Shown piece by piece: positions 28,016 through 37,655 of a DNA stretch of 45,817 nt (the stretch's first letter is position 1; each line of letters starts with the position of its first letter). A program made the translations under genes and the position numbers. Source of the stretch: an uncultured archaeon (GTDB taxonomy: Archaea; Asgardarchaeota; Lokiarchaeia; Sigyniarchaeales; SOKP01); the NCBI GenBank assembly GCA_964508365.1, contig CAZDTP010000030.1, positions 1-45,817 on the forward strand, given 5' to 3'. Below the pieces are notes generated by a model. The model was not told the origin of the DNA. It saw only the letters and a list, made by a program, of their open reading frames with translations, and made no database searches.

Positions 28016-28185
28016 CTTAATTCCCTCTAATTATTTTAATATTATTGTAAAGGTTTTACTATACTTTAAGAAATCTTATGTTATAAAGCTAAATTATCTC
28101 TCAGACAATTCTTCAAATTTATGAGTTAAAAGAAAAACAATAAAAAATAAAATATATTAGATTTCTCTAGGAGGTATAGGTAAAA

Positions 28186-28611
28186 GTGAATAGAAATCAA
28201 CAGTATTTAGAAGATATGATTCAAGGAAAAGTTCCCCCTCCCCCCATTGCCCAATTATTAGGATTTAAAATTACTAATTATTGTGAGGGGTGTACGACTA
28301 TTGAGATGGAAGCGACCGAGAAGTATTGGAATCCGATGAAAACCCTGCATGGAGGTATCTATTGCGATTTAGCGGATGCTGCTATGGGATTTTCCTTCTT
28401 TACTACCTTAAAAGACGACGAGATGTTTACCACGGTAGATTTAAGAATAAATTATCTTAAACCGGTAACAACTGGGAAGCTCATTGCCTCAAGTAATATA
28501 ATTAAAAGAGGGAAAAGATTAGGTTATATGGAATGTGAAATAGTTAATGAACAAGGAAAGTTAGTTGCTAAAGCAAGTAGTACTTGTATAGTTCAAAAAA
28601 AAGGATTATAA
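28186..28611 (+). CDS. PaaI family thioesterase (hotdog fold)
   Basis: NPMKTLHGGIYCDLADAAMG, TVDLRINYLKP, GKLVAKAS. Confidence 0.92.
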   Translation: MNRNQQYLEDMIQGKVPPPPIAQLLGFKITNYCEGCTTIEMEATEKYWNPMKTLHGGIYCDLADAAMGFSFFTTLKDDEMFTTVDLRINYLKPVTTGKLIASSNIIKRGKRLGYMECEIVNEQGKLVAKASSTCIVQKKGL

Positions 28612-28626
28612 TTAAACGGAGCAAGA

Positions 28627-29133
28627 ATGATGAATGATAATATTAAAGTTAGACTTAAAAAGTTGGAGCCTATGCGGGCAGCGTTTTTTTCTTCCCTCTC
28701 AAATACACCGGAAGAAGATGCTTGGAATAGAGCAGAATCTTGGGCCAAAGAGAAAGGATTATTGCATGTTGATTCAAGCATTCGAATTTTTGGTAGGAAT
28801 ATTTATCCAACGGAAAATCCTGAACCACATGGGTATGGAATTTATATAACAATTCCACCTAATATTAAGATAGAAAGTGAAGTACCAGTCCTATCAATAC
28901 CGGGAGGGCTTTATGCAGTGGTTAAATGCGAAGGAATAAAGGAAATGAGTATTAAATGGCCAGAATTATGGAAATGGGTCGAAAATAGCGAATATCAATA
29001 TATAGGTGAAACGAAAGGAGAGTACGGATTTGAATTAGGGTTTGAAGAATATTTAAATTGGTATTCTACGATAGTTGACAAAAGCGAAAGCAGGATGTTA
29101 TTCGATCTTATGCTTCACTTAAAAGAAAAATAG
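28627..29133 (+). CDS. GyrI-like small-molecule/effector-binding domain protein
   Basis: KKLEPMRAA start, PEEDAW, IPGGLYAV, WKWVENSEY pattern. Confidence 0.85.
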   Translation: MMNDNIKVRLKKLEPMRAAFFSSLSNTPEEDAWNRAESWAKEKGLLHVDSSIRIFGRNIYPTENPEPHGYGIYITIPPNIKIESEVPVLSIPGGLYAVVKCEGIKEMSIKWPELWKWVENSEYQYIGETKGEYGFELGFEEYLNWYSTIVDKSESRMLFDLMLHLKEK

Positions 29134-29209
29134 TTCCTTCTTCCAAATAAAATCAATTTATGAATGAATATTTTAATTATGTAAATTAAAAAAAAAAGAT
29201 GAAAATAAT

Positions 29210-29917
29210 TTAACTTTTTACCCCTAAGTAGAATAGTAAAGCGCTTATAATCATTGCAGCTCTTATAAATATTAAACTAATACCAGGATCAAATAAACCG
29301 TCTAAAATTCCCCCTGCTATATATAAAAAAGCTCCTAGGGACAAATAATAAAATCTTCTTCTGATTGTACCAGTTGCCTGTATACCTTTTCTTAAGAAGC
29401 CAAATCCGTCAAGAATAAGGATGGATATTAGAAAGATTAAAGCTAGGATCGAAACGACTGATTCAAGGATAAGACTGTCGTTAATGAGATCGCTACCTAA
29501 AGGGTCAGGAGTAGTGTAGGTTAAAGCACTAGAGGGGTCTAAGAATAATAGGACATCGAAAATAATGCCTAAGATTAAATAAATTCCAAAAATTAACCAC
29601 TTTTTTTTGGGAATAATCAATTCGGCTCCAAAAAACATGCCAAATATAGCAACCCCAGGAAACCACATCCAATTAATTAGACCAATAAATCCTGAAGAAT
29701 TATCAATATTTGTTTGAGTTATGAGGACTGTTACGAAGTCTAAGAAATCTCCTGTAAAAATAAGACCAGCGAAAAAGTAAGTTAAACCGAGATATAATAG
29801 AGGATTTGATTGTGTTTTTCTTGCTTTATAAATCGCAAATAATCCGAAAAGAAGAGAGAAGAGAAAAACACCAGAGGCCGTAAGCCCATTTAACCAACCT
29901 ATAGGAGTGAGTGTTAT
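29210..29917 (-). CDS. Polytopic membrane protein (about 235 aa) with non-canonical start
   Basis: Track ORF 29210-29668 extends 83 more open, hydrophobic codons (ITLTPIGWLNGLTASGVFLFSLLFG...) with no ATG/GTG/TTG; in-frame TGA at 29924-29926. Confidence 0.75.
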   Translation of the reverse strand: MTLTPIGWLNGLTASGVFLFSLLFGLFAIYKARKTQSNPLLYLGLTYFFAGLIFTGDFLDFVTVLITQTNIDNSSGFIGLINWMWFPGVAIFGMFFGAELIIPKKKWLIFGIYLILGIIFDVLLFLDPSSALTYTTPDPLGSDLINDSLILESVVSILALIFLISILILDGFGFLRKGIQATGTIRRRFYYLSLGAFLYIAGGILDGLFDPGISLIFIRAAMIISALLFYLGVKS

Positions 29918-30101
29918 AAGAATTCACATTTTAACATATTTTATTTTTAAATAACTAACACAAAAATAATATTGTATTATAATTCCAATAAATGTCAATA
30001 TAAACTTTTCTCAATCAAATGATATTTGAATTTTTCAATTTAAATTCTGGGGGGTTTGAATAAAAAATAAAAGAAGTGTTAATAAAAAGAGGAGTTTTAA
30101 A

Positions 30102-31448
30102 TTATTTTATTTTATATTGACTTTTTAAGAAATTGATAATGTAGTCTTTGACTTTTTGACGGTCTGGTAAACTTGCTACCATACCATATATAGCAGCGTC
30201 CCCGTCTGAAGATGCTTCAGGATGCTCTTTAATTTCTTTAACAGCTTCCTTGAGATCCTTCAAGAAAGTATCTACAACACTAGCATGATGAGGATTTACC
30301 ATCATATGTAAAGCGTTTGGAAATTGAATTCTGTCTAAATGCCACCCTTTCTTATCCATATTATCTCCTAGATTATAGATATCTACAGAGTCGGATGTAA
30401 AGGAGAAAACGCTCATCACAGGGTCTCCAATAATATAGAGTTCAGGGATTTGATTTATTCCATCAATTAATTCTTTCGTAGCCTGCATGACGATTTTAGC
30501 CAAGTGTAAATAACCATCGTTTCCTAAAGCTTTCATTGAAGCCCACGCAGCAGCAATTGGCCCACCAGGTCGAGTACCTCTCATAGAGGGGGATATATAA
30601 ATACCACCTGACCAATCTGTATAAACTGAAAATTGATGTTTCCAAACTCTTTCTTTGCGATACAATATTGTAGAAGCACCTTTTGCTCCATACCCATATT
30701 TGTGAATATCTGCCGAAAGAGAGGTTACCCCCGGTACTGAGAAATCAAAATCAGGAACATTATTTCCAAGCTTCTTCACAAAGGGAAGCATAAACCCCCC
30801 AAGACAGGCATCAACATGCATTCCAATACCTTGTTCGTGAGCAATAGATGCGAGCTCTGAGATGGGATCTACTACGCCTCTTGGAAAATCACACGCAGAA
30901 CCGACCATTAAAATGGTGTTCTTGGTCAGTGCGTTTTCCATAGCTTTTATATCTGCCCGATGGGTTTCTTTATCCACAGGTACTTTAACAATTTTTACTC
31001 CAAAATAATCTGCTGCTTTGTCAAAGGATGGATGTGCTGAACTGGGTACCACCATCTCAGGTTCTTTAATATGGGGGAATTTTTCCCGTGCCCAATCTCT
31101 ATACGTTTTTACTGCCATTAAAAGACTTTCTGTTCCACCCGATGTCATACTCCCACAACACCTGTTATCTCCTCCAAACAAGTCAATTGCCATGGAAATC
31201 ACTTCCGTTTCAAACTTCTTTAAACTGGGAAAAGCTATAGGACTGAGGGCGTTCTTAGAAAAAAACATAGAAGAAGCTTTTTTAAGCATTTCTGTGTGCT
31301 TTTCTGAAGCGTGATATACAAGGCTCCAAACCTTTCCATCCTTCCAATTTATGTCGTCTTCCCGTATTTCTTCCATTTTTTTGAGAAGTTTGTCTTCGGG
31401 GATTCCATTTTCTGGTAATACTACTTTAGGTCTAGCCATTTTAATCAC
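30102..31448 (-). CDS. Sphingosine-1-phosphate lyase-like PLP-dependent enzyme
   Basis: WKDGKVWSLVY, FPSLKKFETEVI, TSGGTES, HPSFDKAA, HVDACLGGF, SADIHKYGY, DWSGGIYISP..RGTRPG; probable start ATG 31439. Confidence 0.8.
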   Translation of the reverse strand: MIKMARPKVVLPENGIPEDKLLKKMEEIREDDINWKDGKVWSLVYHASEKHTEMLKKASSMFFSKNALSPIAFPSLKKFETEVISMAIDLFGGDNRCCGSMTSGGTESLLMAVKTYRDWAREKFPHIKEPEMVVPSSAHPSFDKAADYFGVKIVKVPVDKETHRADIKAMENALTKNTILMVGSACDFPRGVVDPISELASIAHEQGIGMHVDACLGGFMLPFVKKLGNNVPDFDFSVPGVTSLSADIHKYGYGAKGASTILYRKERVWKHQFSVYTDWSGGIYISPSMRGTRPGGPIAAAWASMKALGNDGYLHLAKIVMQATKELIDGINQIPELYIIGDPVMSVFSFTSDSVDIYNLGDNMDKKGWHLDRIQFPNALHMMVNPHHASVVDTFLKDLKEAVKEIKEHPEASSDGDAAIYGMVASLPDRQKVKDYIINFLKSQYKIK

Positions 31449-31553
31449 TAAATAAAATTTGATATTTGAATATCTAAATTAAGTGTCGTATATTAAATAT
31501 ACTTGAAATCATTAATATGAGATAAAACGCTATAAAATAAAACCTTTATACTA

Positions 31554-31739
31554 TTAATGTAATACCTTAGAAGTAGATTTAAGTTTATTTAATCCCAATT
31601 GATATTCCGAACACATTTTGTAATTAGGAAAATCACAAACTTCTTTAGCTTTTGGAAGATGGCACGAACGAGTAAAGGGGCACGATAATAATGATCCCTC
31701 CATTAGCTCAAATTCCTTGTTCATTTTATACCTCCTCAA
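31554..31739 (-). CDS. Small Cys-rich protein (possible zinc-binding)
   Basis: GAGGAGGT SD before MNKEF (ATG 31724); CPFTRSC...CDFPNYKMC, four Cys. Confidence 0.65.
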   Translation of the reverse strand: MRRYKMNKEFELMEGSLLSCPFTRSCHLPKAKEVCDFPNYKMCSEYQLGLNKLKSTSKVLH

Positions 31740-31902
31740 ATGAAAAGAGTATACTTTCTTTTCAGATAGTAAGTATCAATCGAATATTATTAAATGTAAC
31801 TGTTATAATCTCTAAATTCCTCAAATTATTGTTAATTTGTATAACGATTTGTTTATACAAAGAAGAAGAGCTGTGAAGTCTTTAATGTATTGATGCTCTT
31901 CT

Positions 31903-33102
31903 TTATTTCCTCATATCAAGAAAACCGCCGGATCTCATCAATTTGCACGGTTTTAAATATTTTCTCCCTGTTAATTCTGCGAACTCGTCCAATTTTACAA
32001 CAAGTTGTTTGTAGTTCTTTTTACCCATAGAGAAGGGACCAGGTGAACGATAACCAGTTGATACAGCTTTATCAATTATTTTATAATTACTAACACAGCC
32101 TTCTTCTAGCATCCTACAGCCTTCATTTAATTGGATTGCTATTAGGAGTTCGATATCGACCAGGCCTGCTGTTTTTGAGCGATCTATACTAGGTTCCTTA
32201 TTTTGAGACCAATCATAGAAGCCCCGACCGGTCTTTTGTCCAAGATTGTTTTCATTAATAAGTTTCGTAAACAATTTGTGAGGGGCAAAGTCTGGGGACA
32301 GAGTATCTTCAAAGTATTTCATCGCGTTAAAAACCGTGTCTATTCCTATATAATCACATAAGCAAAAAATACCCATAGGCATAAAATCGATTACATCAGC
32401 ATCGAGTTGCTCAAAGGGGATATTTCTAGCGATAGCTTGTTCAATAAGCCAATTTATATATATTTCAATAGTGCCTACGATTCTATTTGCGATGAATCCA
32501 GGAGATTCTCTTTGAAGTTCAATAAGTAATCTTTTTCCCTCTAAGCTTGGTAACTTATGGCCAACTTCTGTCGCAATTTTTAGAGTATCTTCTGAAGTTT
32601 TTTCTCCTTTCGTGATTTCGATTAATTTATTTTCGAGTGGGGCAAAAAAATGCATTCCGATGACCTTTTCAGGGCGTCCCGAAGCTTTTCCAATTTCTGT
32701 AATACTCATTGTTGAGGTATTAGTAGCGAATATTGTATGTTCGGGACAATATTGCCCTAATTTTCTAAAGACCTCTTTTTTAATGTTCATAACTTCAGGA
32801 ACAGCTTCAATAACAAAATCTACATTTTTAACAGCATTTTGTAAGTTTATTTCTTTTAGTAACCTTTTTACGAGGATTTCCGTTGTAATTTTATCTTCTA
32901 ATTGCCCTTCTTTTTCAAGAACTTTTAAACCAGTCGTGGGATCGTTGACAATTCTATCCACGGCCTTATCGATTAATTCTATGCTAAGATCGTTAAGGAT
33001 CACCTTGCTAAAACCAGCCATCAGCGCTACTTGGGCGATTGCGTGGCCTTGTATTCCTGTCCCTATTATTGCAATGTTTTTTACATCAAAAATATCTTGC
33101 AT
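31903..33102 (-). CDS. 3-hydroxyacyl-CoA dehydrogenase family protein
   Basis: GTGIQG Rossmann motif, EAVPE, FATNTS, GMHFF, PGFIANR, GQKTGRGFYDW. Confidence 0.92.
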   Translation of the reverse strand: MQDIFDVKNIAIIGTGIQGHAIAQVALMAGFSKVILNDLSIELIDKAVDRIVNDPTTGLKVLEKEGQLEDKITTEILVKRLLKEINLQNAVKNVDFVIEAVPEVMNIKKEVFRKLGQYCPEHTIFATNTSTMSITEIGKASGRPEKVIGMHFFAPLENKLIEITKGEKTSEDTLKIATEVGHKLPSLEGKRLLIELQRESPGFIANRIVGTIEIYINWLIEQAIARNIPFEQLDADVIDFMPMGIFCLCDYIGIDTVFNAMKYFEDTLSPDFAPHKLFTKLINENNLGQKTGRGFYDWSQNKEPSIDRSKTAGLVDIELLIAIQLNEGCRMLEEGCVSNYKIIDKAVSTGYRSPGPFSMGKKNYKQLVVKLDEFAELTGRKYLKPCKLMRSGGFLDMRK

Positions 33103-33362
33103 TTGAATCCAACTATTAATTGGTATTTATAGTTTAAGAGAATTCACTATTTTTTAAATTATTCGCTCTCTACCTTAATCTCAAATGCATAAACTGAAAA
33201 ATCAATGACTCTCGTAATTTTACCTTATTAACAGCATAAGGCTCAACTAATTATATTGCGATTTCCTATTAAAATATTAAAAAGGATTTTAAAACACTTG
33301 ATTTATAGATTTTATACAGATTTACTCTCAAATTGAGCATAACGATAAAAGAAGGATGAAAT

Positions 33363-34460
33363 GTGTCACTAAAAGAAAAAAATAGCAACAGTAGCATGCG
33401 AAAGTTAGAACTTAAGAATCAGACGGTTTTTTTCAAATCGGCAGAATACATGTCTGAATTAGAGGATGAATCTATCGATTTAGTAATAACTTCTCCTCCT
33501 TACAATCGTGGAAAAACATATTCTTCTGATTTTGGTGAGTTTCATAATGATAAGATGGTAGATACAGAATATTACTCTTTCTTAACTACTATTTGGTCTG
33601 AATGTTATAGAGTAGCAAAAAGCAGTGCTTTATTCTTTCTGAATATTGGTGATTCTGCGGGAGATCAAGGGAAATCTGAAAAAGTTGCTCAGTCTGCGGA
33701 AAACGCATCTTGGAAACGAATTCAAGATATAGTTTGGGTTAAATCTTTTCTTGGGAAAGGGCACTACACTCCATCAGGAGGAAATCAACGATTAAATAAT
33801 CTCTGGGAACATATTTTCCTCTTTGCAAAAAATACTAAAGAATATAAAATTGACCCAAAAGCGATAGGGATACCGTATACTGATAAATCCAACATTGGGA
33901 GATATTCTGACACAGATTTAAGAGATCCTGGCAATGTGTGGTTGATTCCCTACGTAAAAACAACAGGAGCAACGATTAAAAAAGGTCACGAAGCTCCATT
34001 TCCAATAGGTCTTCCGTATAAATGTATTAAAATGGTTCCAAATGTAAAAACTGTCTTAGATCCCTTTGGGGGGACTTGTTCAACATTAGCTGCGAGTTTG
34101 AAATTAGGCATAAGAGGTTATGCTTACGAAAAATATCCACGCATCGAAGTTATTAAATCAAGAATTCTCGAAGGAGAAGATTATTACGAGAGTGAAGAAA
34201 ACCTAATACCTCATTTAGAATTATCTCTAAAAATGTTAAGCGAAATGTATTCAAAAATGTCTTTAAACATTCCATTAATAAAAACTAAAGTTGCTTTTAC
34301 AAGTTTTCAAATCTTAAACGAGGTCTTAAATAAATTAAATATTAATAATTCCTTTAAATTAAGCTTAGAAAAAAGGATAGCAAATTATAAATTTTATGTA
34401 GGAAAAAAAAAATCGCAAAAAAATAAGTATCACCAAAAAAAACTAGACTTTGGTTCATAA
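33363..34460 (+). CDS. Site-specific DNA methyltransferase (N4-C/N6-A, beta class)
   Basis: DLVITSPPYN catalytic motif IV precedes the VLDPFGG SAM-binding motif I; HEAPFP. Confidence 0.88.
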   Translation: MSLKEKNSNSSMRKLELKNQTVFFKSAEYMSELEDESIDLVITSPPYNRGKTYSSDFGEFHNDKMVDTEYYSFLTTIWSECYRVAKSSALFFLNIGDSAGDQGKSEKVAQSAENASWKRIQDIVWVKSFLGKGHYTPSGGNQRLNNLWEHIFLFAKNTKEYKIDPKAIGIPYTDKSNIGRYSDTDLRDPGNVWLIPYVKTTGATIKKGHEAPFPIGLPYKCIKMVPNVKTVLDPFGGTCSTLAASLKLGIRGYAYEKYPRIEVIKSRILEGEDYYESEENLIPHLELSLKMLSEMYSKMSLNIPLIKTKVAFTSFQILNEVLNKLNINNSFKLSLEKRIANYKFYVGKKKSQKNKYHQKKLDFGS

Positions 34461-34646
34461 TTCTCCTTAAATAATTTTTAAATTTTCAGCTTTAATCCAA
34501 AGCACTAAAAAACACTGATAATAAATAAAAATTAATCCAAATTCTTAAGAAGAACAAAAATATATACTGACTGTTAAACAATATTAAAACCTAAAACCTA
34601 TGCTTTATTAAATGAGTTTTATCAAAAATTAAGGATTCGACTAAAT

Positions 34647-35240
34647 ATGGCAGGACTAACATATACTCCAGCTGAATTTAACACAATAATTACTATGTTA
34701 GGGTGTTTATGTGCTACAGTACAAGCAGCAACTGGAGCATACGCAGGCTATAAGAAGAAAAAAATCTCGCTATTAAAAACAAATGACGTATTATTTAGGA
34801 CTCATAGGGCTTTTGGTGGATTTGCGACAACTTTATACTTTCTAGGTTTGTTTGCTGGACTTACAGGCTTTAGTGGAGCTATATTTTTCGGAGAACCCCC
34901 TTTTGAAATACTTGATTTTAGTTTCAACTTTCATGTGTGGCCTAGCTTTGCAATTGCAGTCATAGTTATCTTGAAAACTTACTTATCATATTTTAGAAAA
35001 CCTTTAATTTACAAACACTATAGTTGGTTAGGAGGTGCTACTTTTATCGCGTGGTCTTATAATTGGATTAGTTCTTCTTTTTCCTATTATTTAAGAACAT
35101 TGCCATCAAACCCACAACATCCTCCTCCTACTTACTTACTACCGTTTGAATTGTTATGGCTTCAAATTATTCTCCCGTTTATTATAGGAGGGGTAATAGG
35201 TTTCTTTATATTAAGAGTTGCGGATAAAAAAGAAAGGTAA
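34647..35240 (+). CDS. Hypothetical membrane protein with membrane-proximal His residues
   Basis: Five hydrophobic segments; RTHRAFG, NFHVWP. Confidence 0.6.
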   Translation: MAGLTYTPAEFNTIITMLGCLCATVQAATGAYAGYKKKKISLLKTNDVLFRTHRAFGGFATTLYFLGLFAGLTGFSGAIFFGEPPFEILDFSFNFHVWPSFAIAVIVILKTYLSYFRKPLIYKHYSWLGGATFIAWSYNWISSSFSYYLRTLPSNPQHPPPTYLLPFELLWLQIILPFIIGGVIGFFILRVADKKER

Positions 35241-35409
35241 ATGCAGAGAGGACATTAATAAAGTCACAAAATGCATAGGATTGGGTAATTGTTAGTTTAT
35301 TCGGCAAATATTCGCTCGTTTATATAGAGAGGGAATTTTTACATTATAAGAAAAAGTTTTTTATAATAAGCTGTAGTCTTTTAATGTAAAAGCATAAGAG
35401 GTGTGTTTA

Positions 35410-35778
35410 ATACCGAGATTAGTACATTTTGAAATGAATGTAAAGGACGTTCATAAGACAATATCGTTTTATGAAGATATATTTGGTTGGAGGTTTCAAA
35501 AATGGGATGGCCCTATGGATTATTGGCTTATTATGACTGGTGACGAAAACGAACCAGGGATCGATGGGGGGTTAGGTTACGGAGAAGAAGGCTTCCCAAA
35601 AATGGTAAACACTATTGATGTAGATGATATTGACGACATAATTAAGAAAATTGAAAGTAAAGGTGGCAAGATAGTTAAACCAAAACACGCAGTTCCTGGT
35701 GTGGGCTGGTTAGCTTACTTTAAAGATTCTGAGGGTGTGATGTCAGGAATTATGCAAAATGATCCTGGAGCTAAATAA
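35410..35778 (+). CDS. VOC (glyoxalase/bleomycin resistance) family protein
   Basis: PRLVHFE, FYEDIFGW, GIDGG, PGVGWLAYFKDSEG; in-frame GTG at 35401 is part of the GAGGTG SD, and ATA 35410 lies 6 nt after it. Confidence 0.9.
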   Translation: MPRLVHFEMNVKDVHKTISFYEDIFGWRFQKWDGPMDYWLIMTGDENEPGIDGGLGYGEEGFPKMVNTIDVDDIDDIIKKIESKGGKIVKPKHAVPGVGWLAYFKDSEGVMSGIMQNDPGAK

Positions 35779-35830
35779 TTTTATTTTTTTTATACAAATC
35801 TAAAAAGTGCATAAGAGATATTAATAACTT

Positions 35831-37495
35831 TTATTTTTTCAATATTCCAAGCTTAATTTTTTCTTGCTCGACGAGTTCACGCCGTAATATTTTTCCAGAG
35901 CCTGATTTTGGAATTTCGTCAACAAATTCAACCTCTCTAATTTTTTTATAAGCAGAAATCCTTTCAGCAACCCAATCTATGATTTCTTGTTCAAGGATTT
36001 TTCCTTTCGACTCTGTTTTTAAAATGATGAAAGCTTTCGGAATTTCTCCTATATCTAACTCTTTTGATGGTTTGCCTATTACTGCTGCATCAAAAACATG
36101 AGGATTTTTAAATAGTAAATCTTCAAGTTCTGCAGGTGCGATACTCCAGCCTTTATACTTAATCATTTCTTTTATCCGATCAAGGAGGTATTCGTATTCT
36201 TCTTCGTCTATGTATGCCATATCGCCCGTTCTTAACCATTTTTCTCCAGTTTTAGGATCTGTCCAAAAGGCACCTTCGGTAGCCTCTGGTCGGTTCCAAT
36301 AGCCTTTCATAACTTGAGGTCCCTTTATTACTAGCTCACCAACATCTCCGCGTTTAGGTAGTTCTTCATTCGTTTCTAAGTCAATTATCTTATGAAAAGT
36401 ATCGGGAATTAGAGTTCCTTGGGATTCCATCTTAGGTCGAGACATAGGATTAACGGCAACTACAGGGGAAGCTTCGGTTAATCCCCATCCGTGTTGGATG
36501 GTTACATTTTTAGCATTACACTTCTTTTTTGCTAATTTATAAAACTTTTCAAGAAGCTCGAGCGGGATTGGGGCTCCACCATTATTGACTACTTTAAGAT
36601 CCTCCCAATCATATCCTTTAACTCCCGGCTCTTCGAGGTGTCTAACTACTGCGAGGAATATTGGAGGTACACATAGGCTGTATGTAACTTTATATTTTTC
36701 TACCAATTCACAAAATTCTTTTACCACGAATCGAGGTGTTACAACCTGTGATGCACCTAACCAAATCGCTTGGTTCATACAAACACTAAGGCCATAGATA
36801 TGGTATAGTGGTAGCACAGTCATGGCGATGTCAAATTCGCATAACTCGAACATTGGACTTGCTTGGACTACGTTCGATACCATATTGTAGTGTGTTAGCA
36901 TTGTTCCTTTTGGTAGACCTGTAGTTCCACTTGTATACACCAGTGCTGCGAGATCTTCTTTAGGGTTGAATTCATATTCTGGAGGATCCGGTTTTGTGTC
37001 ATTCATTAGTTCTGTCCATCCTATCGTTCCCTCCATTTTTTTTAAGGGTTCATTGGTTTCACTTGATTCAATTATTATAACGGTTTTAAGGTTTGTTTCA
37101 TCTTTGATTGCAGCCAGAGTTGGGTATAATGGCTGAAAAACCACGATTGTTTCTGCTCCTGAGTCGTTAGCTTCGTATTTGACTTCAGTTTCTTTAAATA
37201 AGGGATTCATAGGGACCATTATTGCACCCGCTTTCTCTAATCCATAAAATGCAATTTCCCATTGGATTGAATTGGGGGCATATAAAGCAACCCTATCGCC
37301 TTTTTTCACGCCTAGTTTTTTTAATGCTGTAGCGAATATGTCTACTTGCTCTTTAAACTGTTTGAAAGTCATTTCCATAGGGTAAAGAAAAGCTAGTTTC
37401 TCAGGAAATCTTTCAGCTGTATCCTCTAATACTTTATGGATTGGAATTATGGGATAATATAGATGACCTCTTTTGAATTTAACCAATTCTTGCAC
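35831..37495 (-). CDS. Long-chain fatty acid-CoA ligase (AMP-forming)
   Basis: YTSGTTGLPKG, GWGLTE, LRTGD, IKYKG, PKSGSGKILRR; probable TTG start at 37486, 6 nt after GAGGTG. Confidence 0.93.
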   Translation of the reverse strand: MQELVKFKRGHLYYPIIPIHKVLEDTAERFPEKLAFLYPMEMTFKQFKEQVDIFATALKKLGVKKGDRVALYAPNSIQWEIAFYGLEKAGAIMVPMNPLFKETEVKYEANDSGAETIVVFQPLYPTLAAIKDETNLKTVIIIESSETNEPLKKMEGTIGWTELMNDTKPDPPEYEFNPKEDLAALVYTSGTTGLPKGTMLTHYNMVSNVVQASPMFELCEFDIAMTVLPLYHIYGLSVCMNQAIWLGASQVVTPRFVVKEFCELVEKYKVTYSLCVPPIFLAVVRHLEEPGVKGYDWEDLKVVNNGGAPIPLELLEKFYKLAKKKCNAKNVTIQHGWGLTEASPVVAVNPMSRPKMESQGTLIPDTFHKIIDLETNEELPKRGDVGELVIKGPQVMKGYWNRPEATEGAFWTDPKTGEKWLRTGDMAYIDEEEYEYLLDRIKEMIKYKGWSIAPAELEDLLFKNPHVFDAAVIGKPSKELDIGEIPKAFIILKTESKGKILEQEIIDWVAERISAYKKIREVEFVDEIPKSGSGKILRRELVEQEKIKLGILKK

Positions 37496-37655
37496 CTCTC
37501 AAGCTTATGTTATTTTTTTCTTTTATAATTTATCAATTTTAATAGAATTCGTTTCAATTACGATGAAATGCATTTATTTTATTTATATAAAAGTTTAATG
37601 CAAATGAAAGTACTGTTTAATTATTAATTAATTAGGAACATTATTTCACAAAACA

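Noticed and set aside
4281-29926. TGA recoding (readthrough) as the explanation for in-frame TGA just before the ORFs at 4083-4274 and 29210-29917
   Set aside because: TGA serves as a normal stop elsewhere (chrB-like gene at 25847), these TGAs are part of the GGTGA/GTGA SD motif, and the iorB case has no TGA
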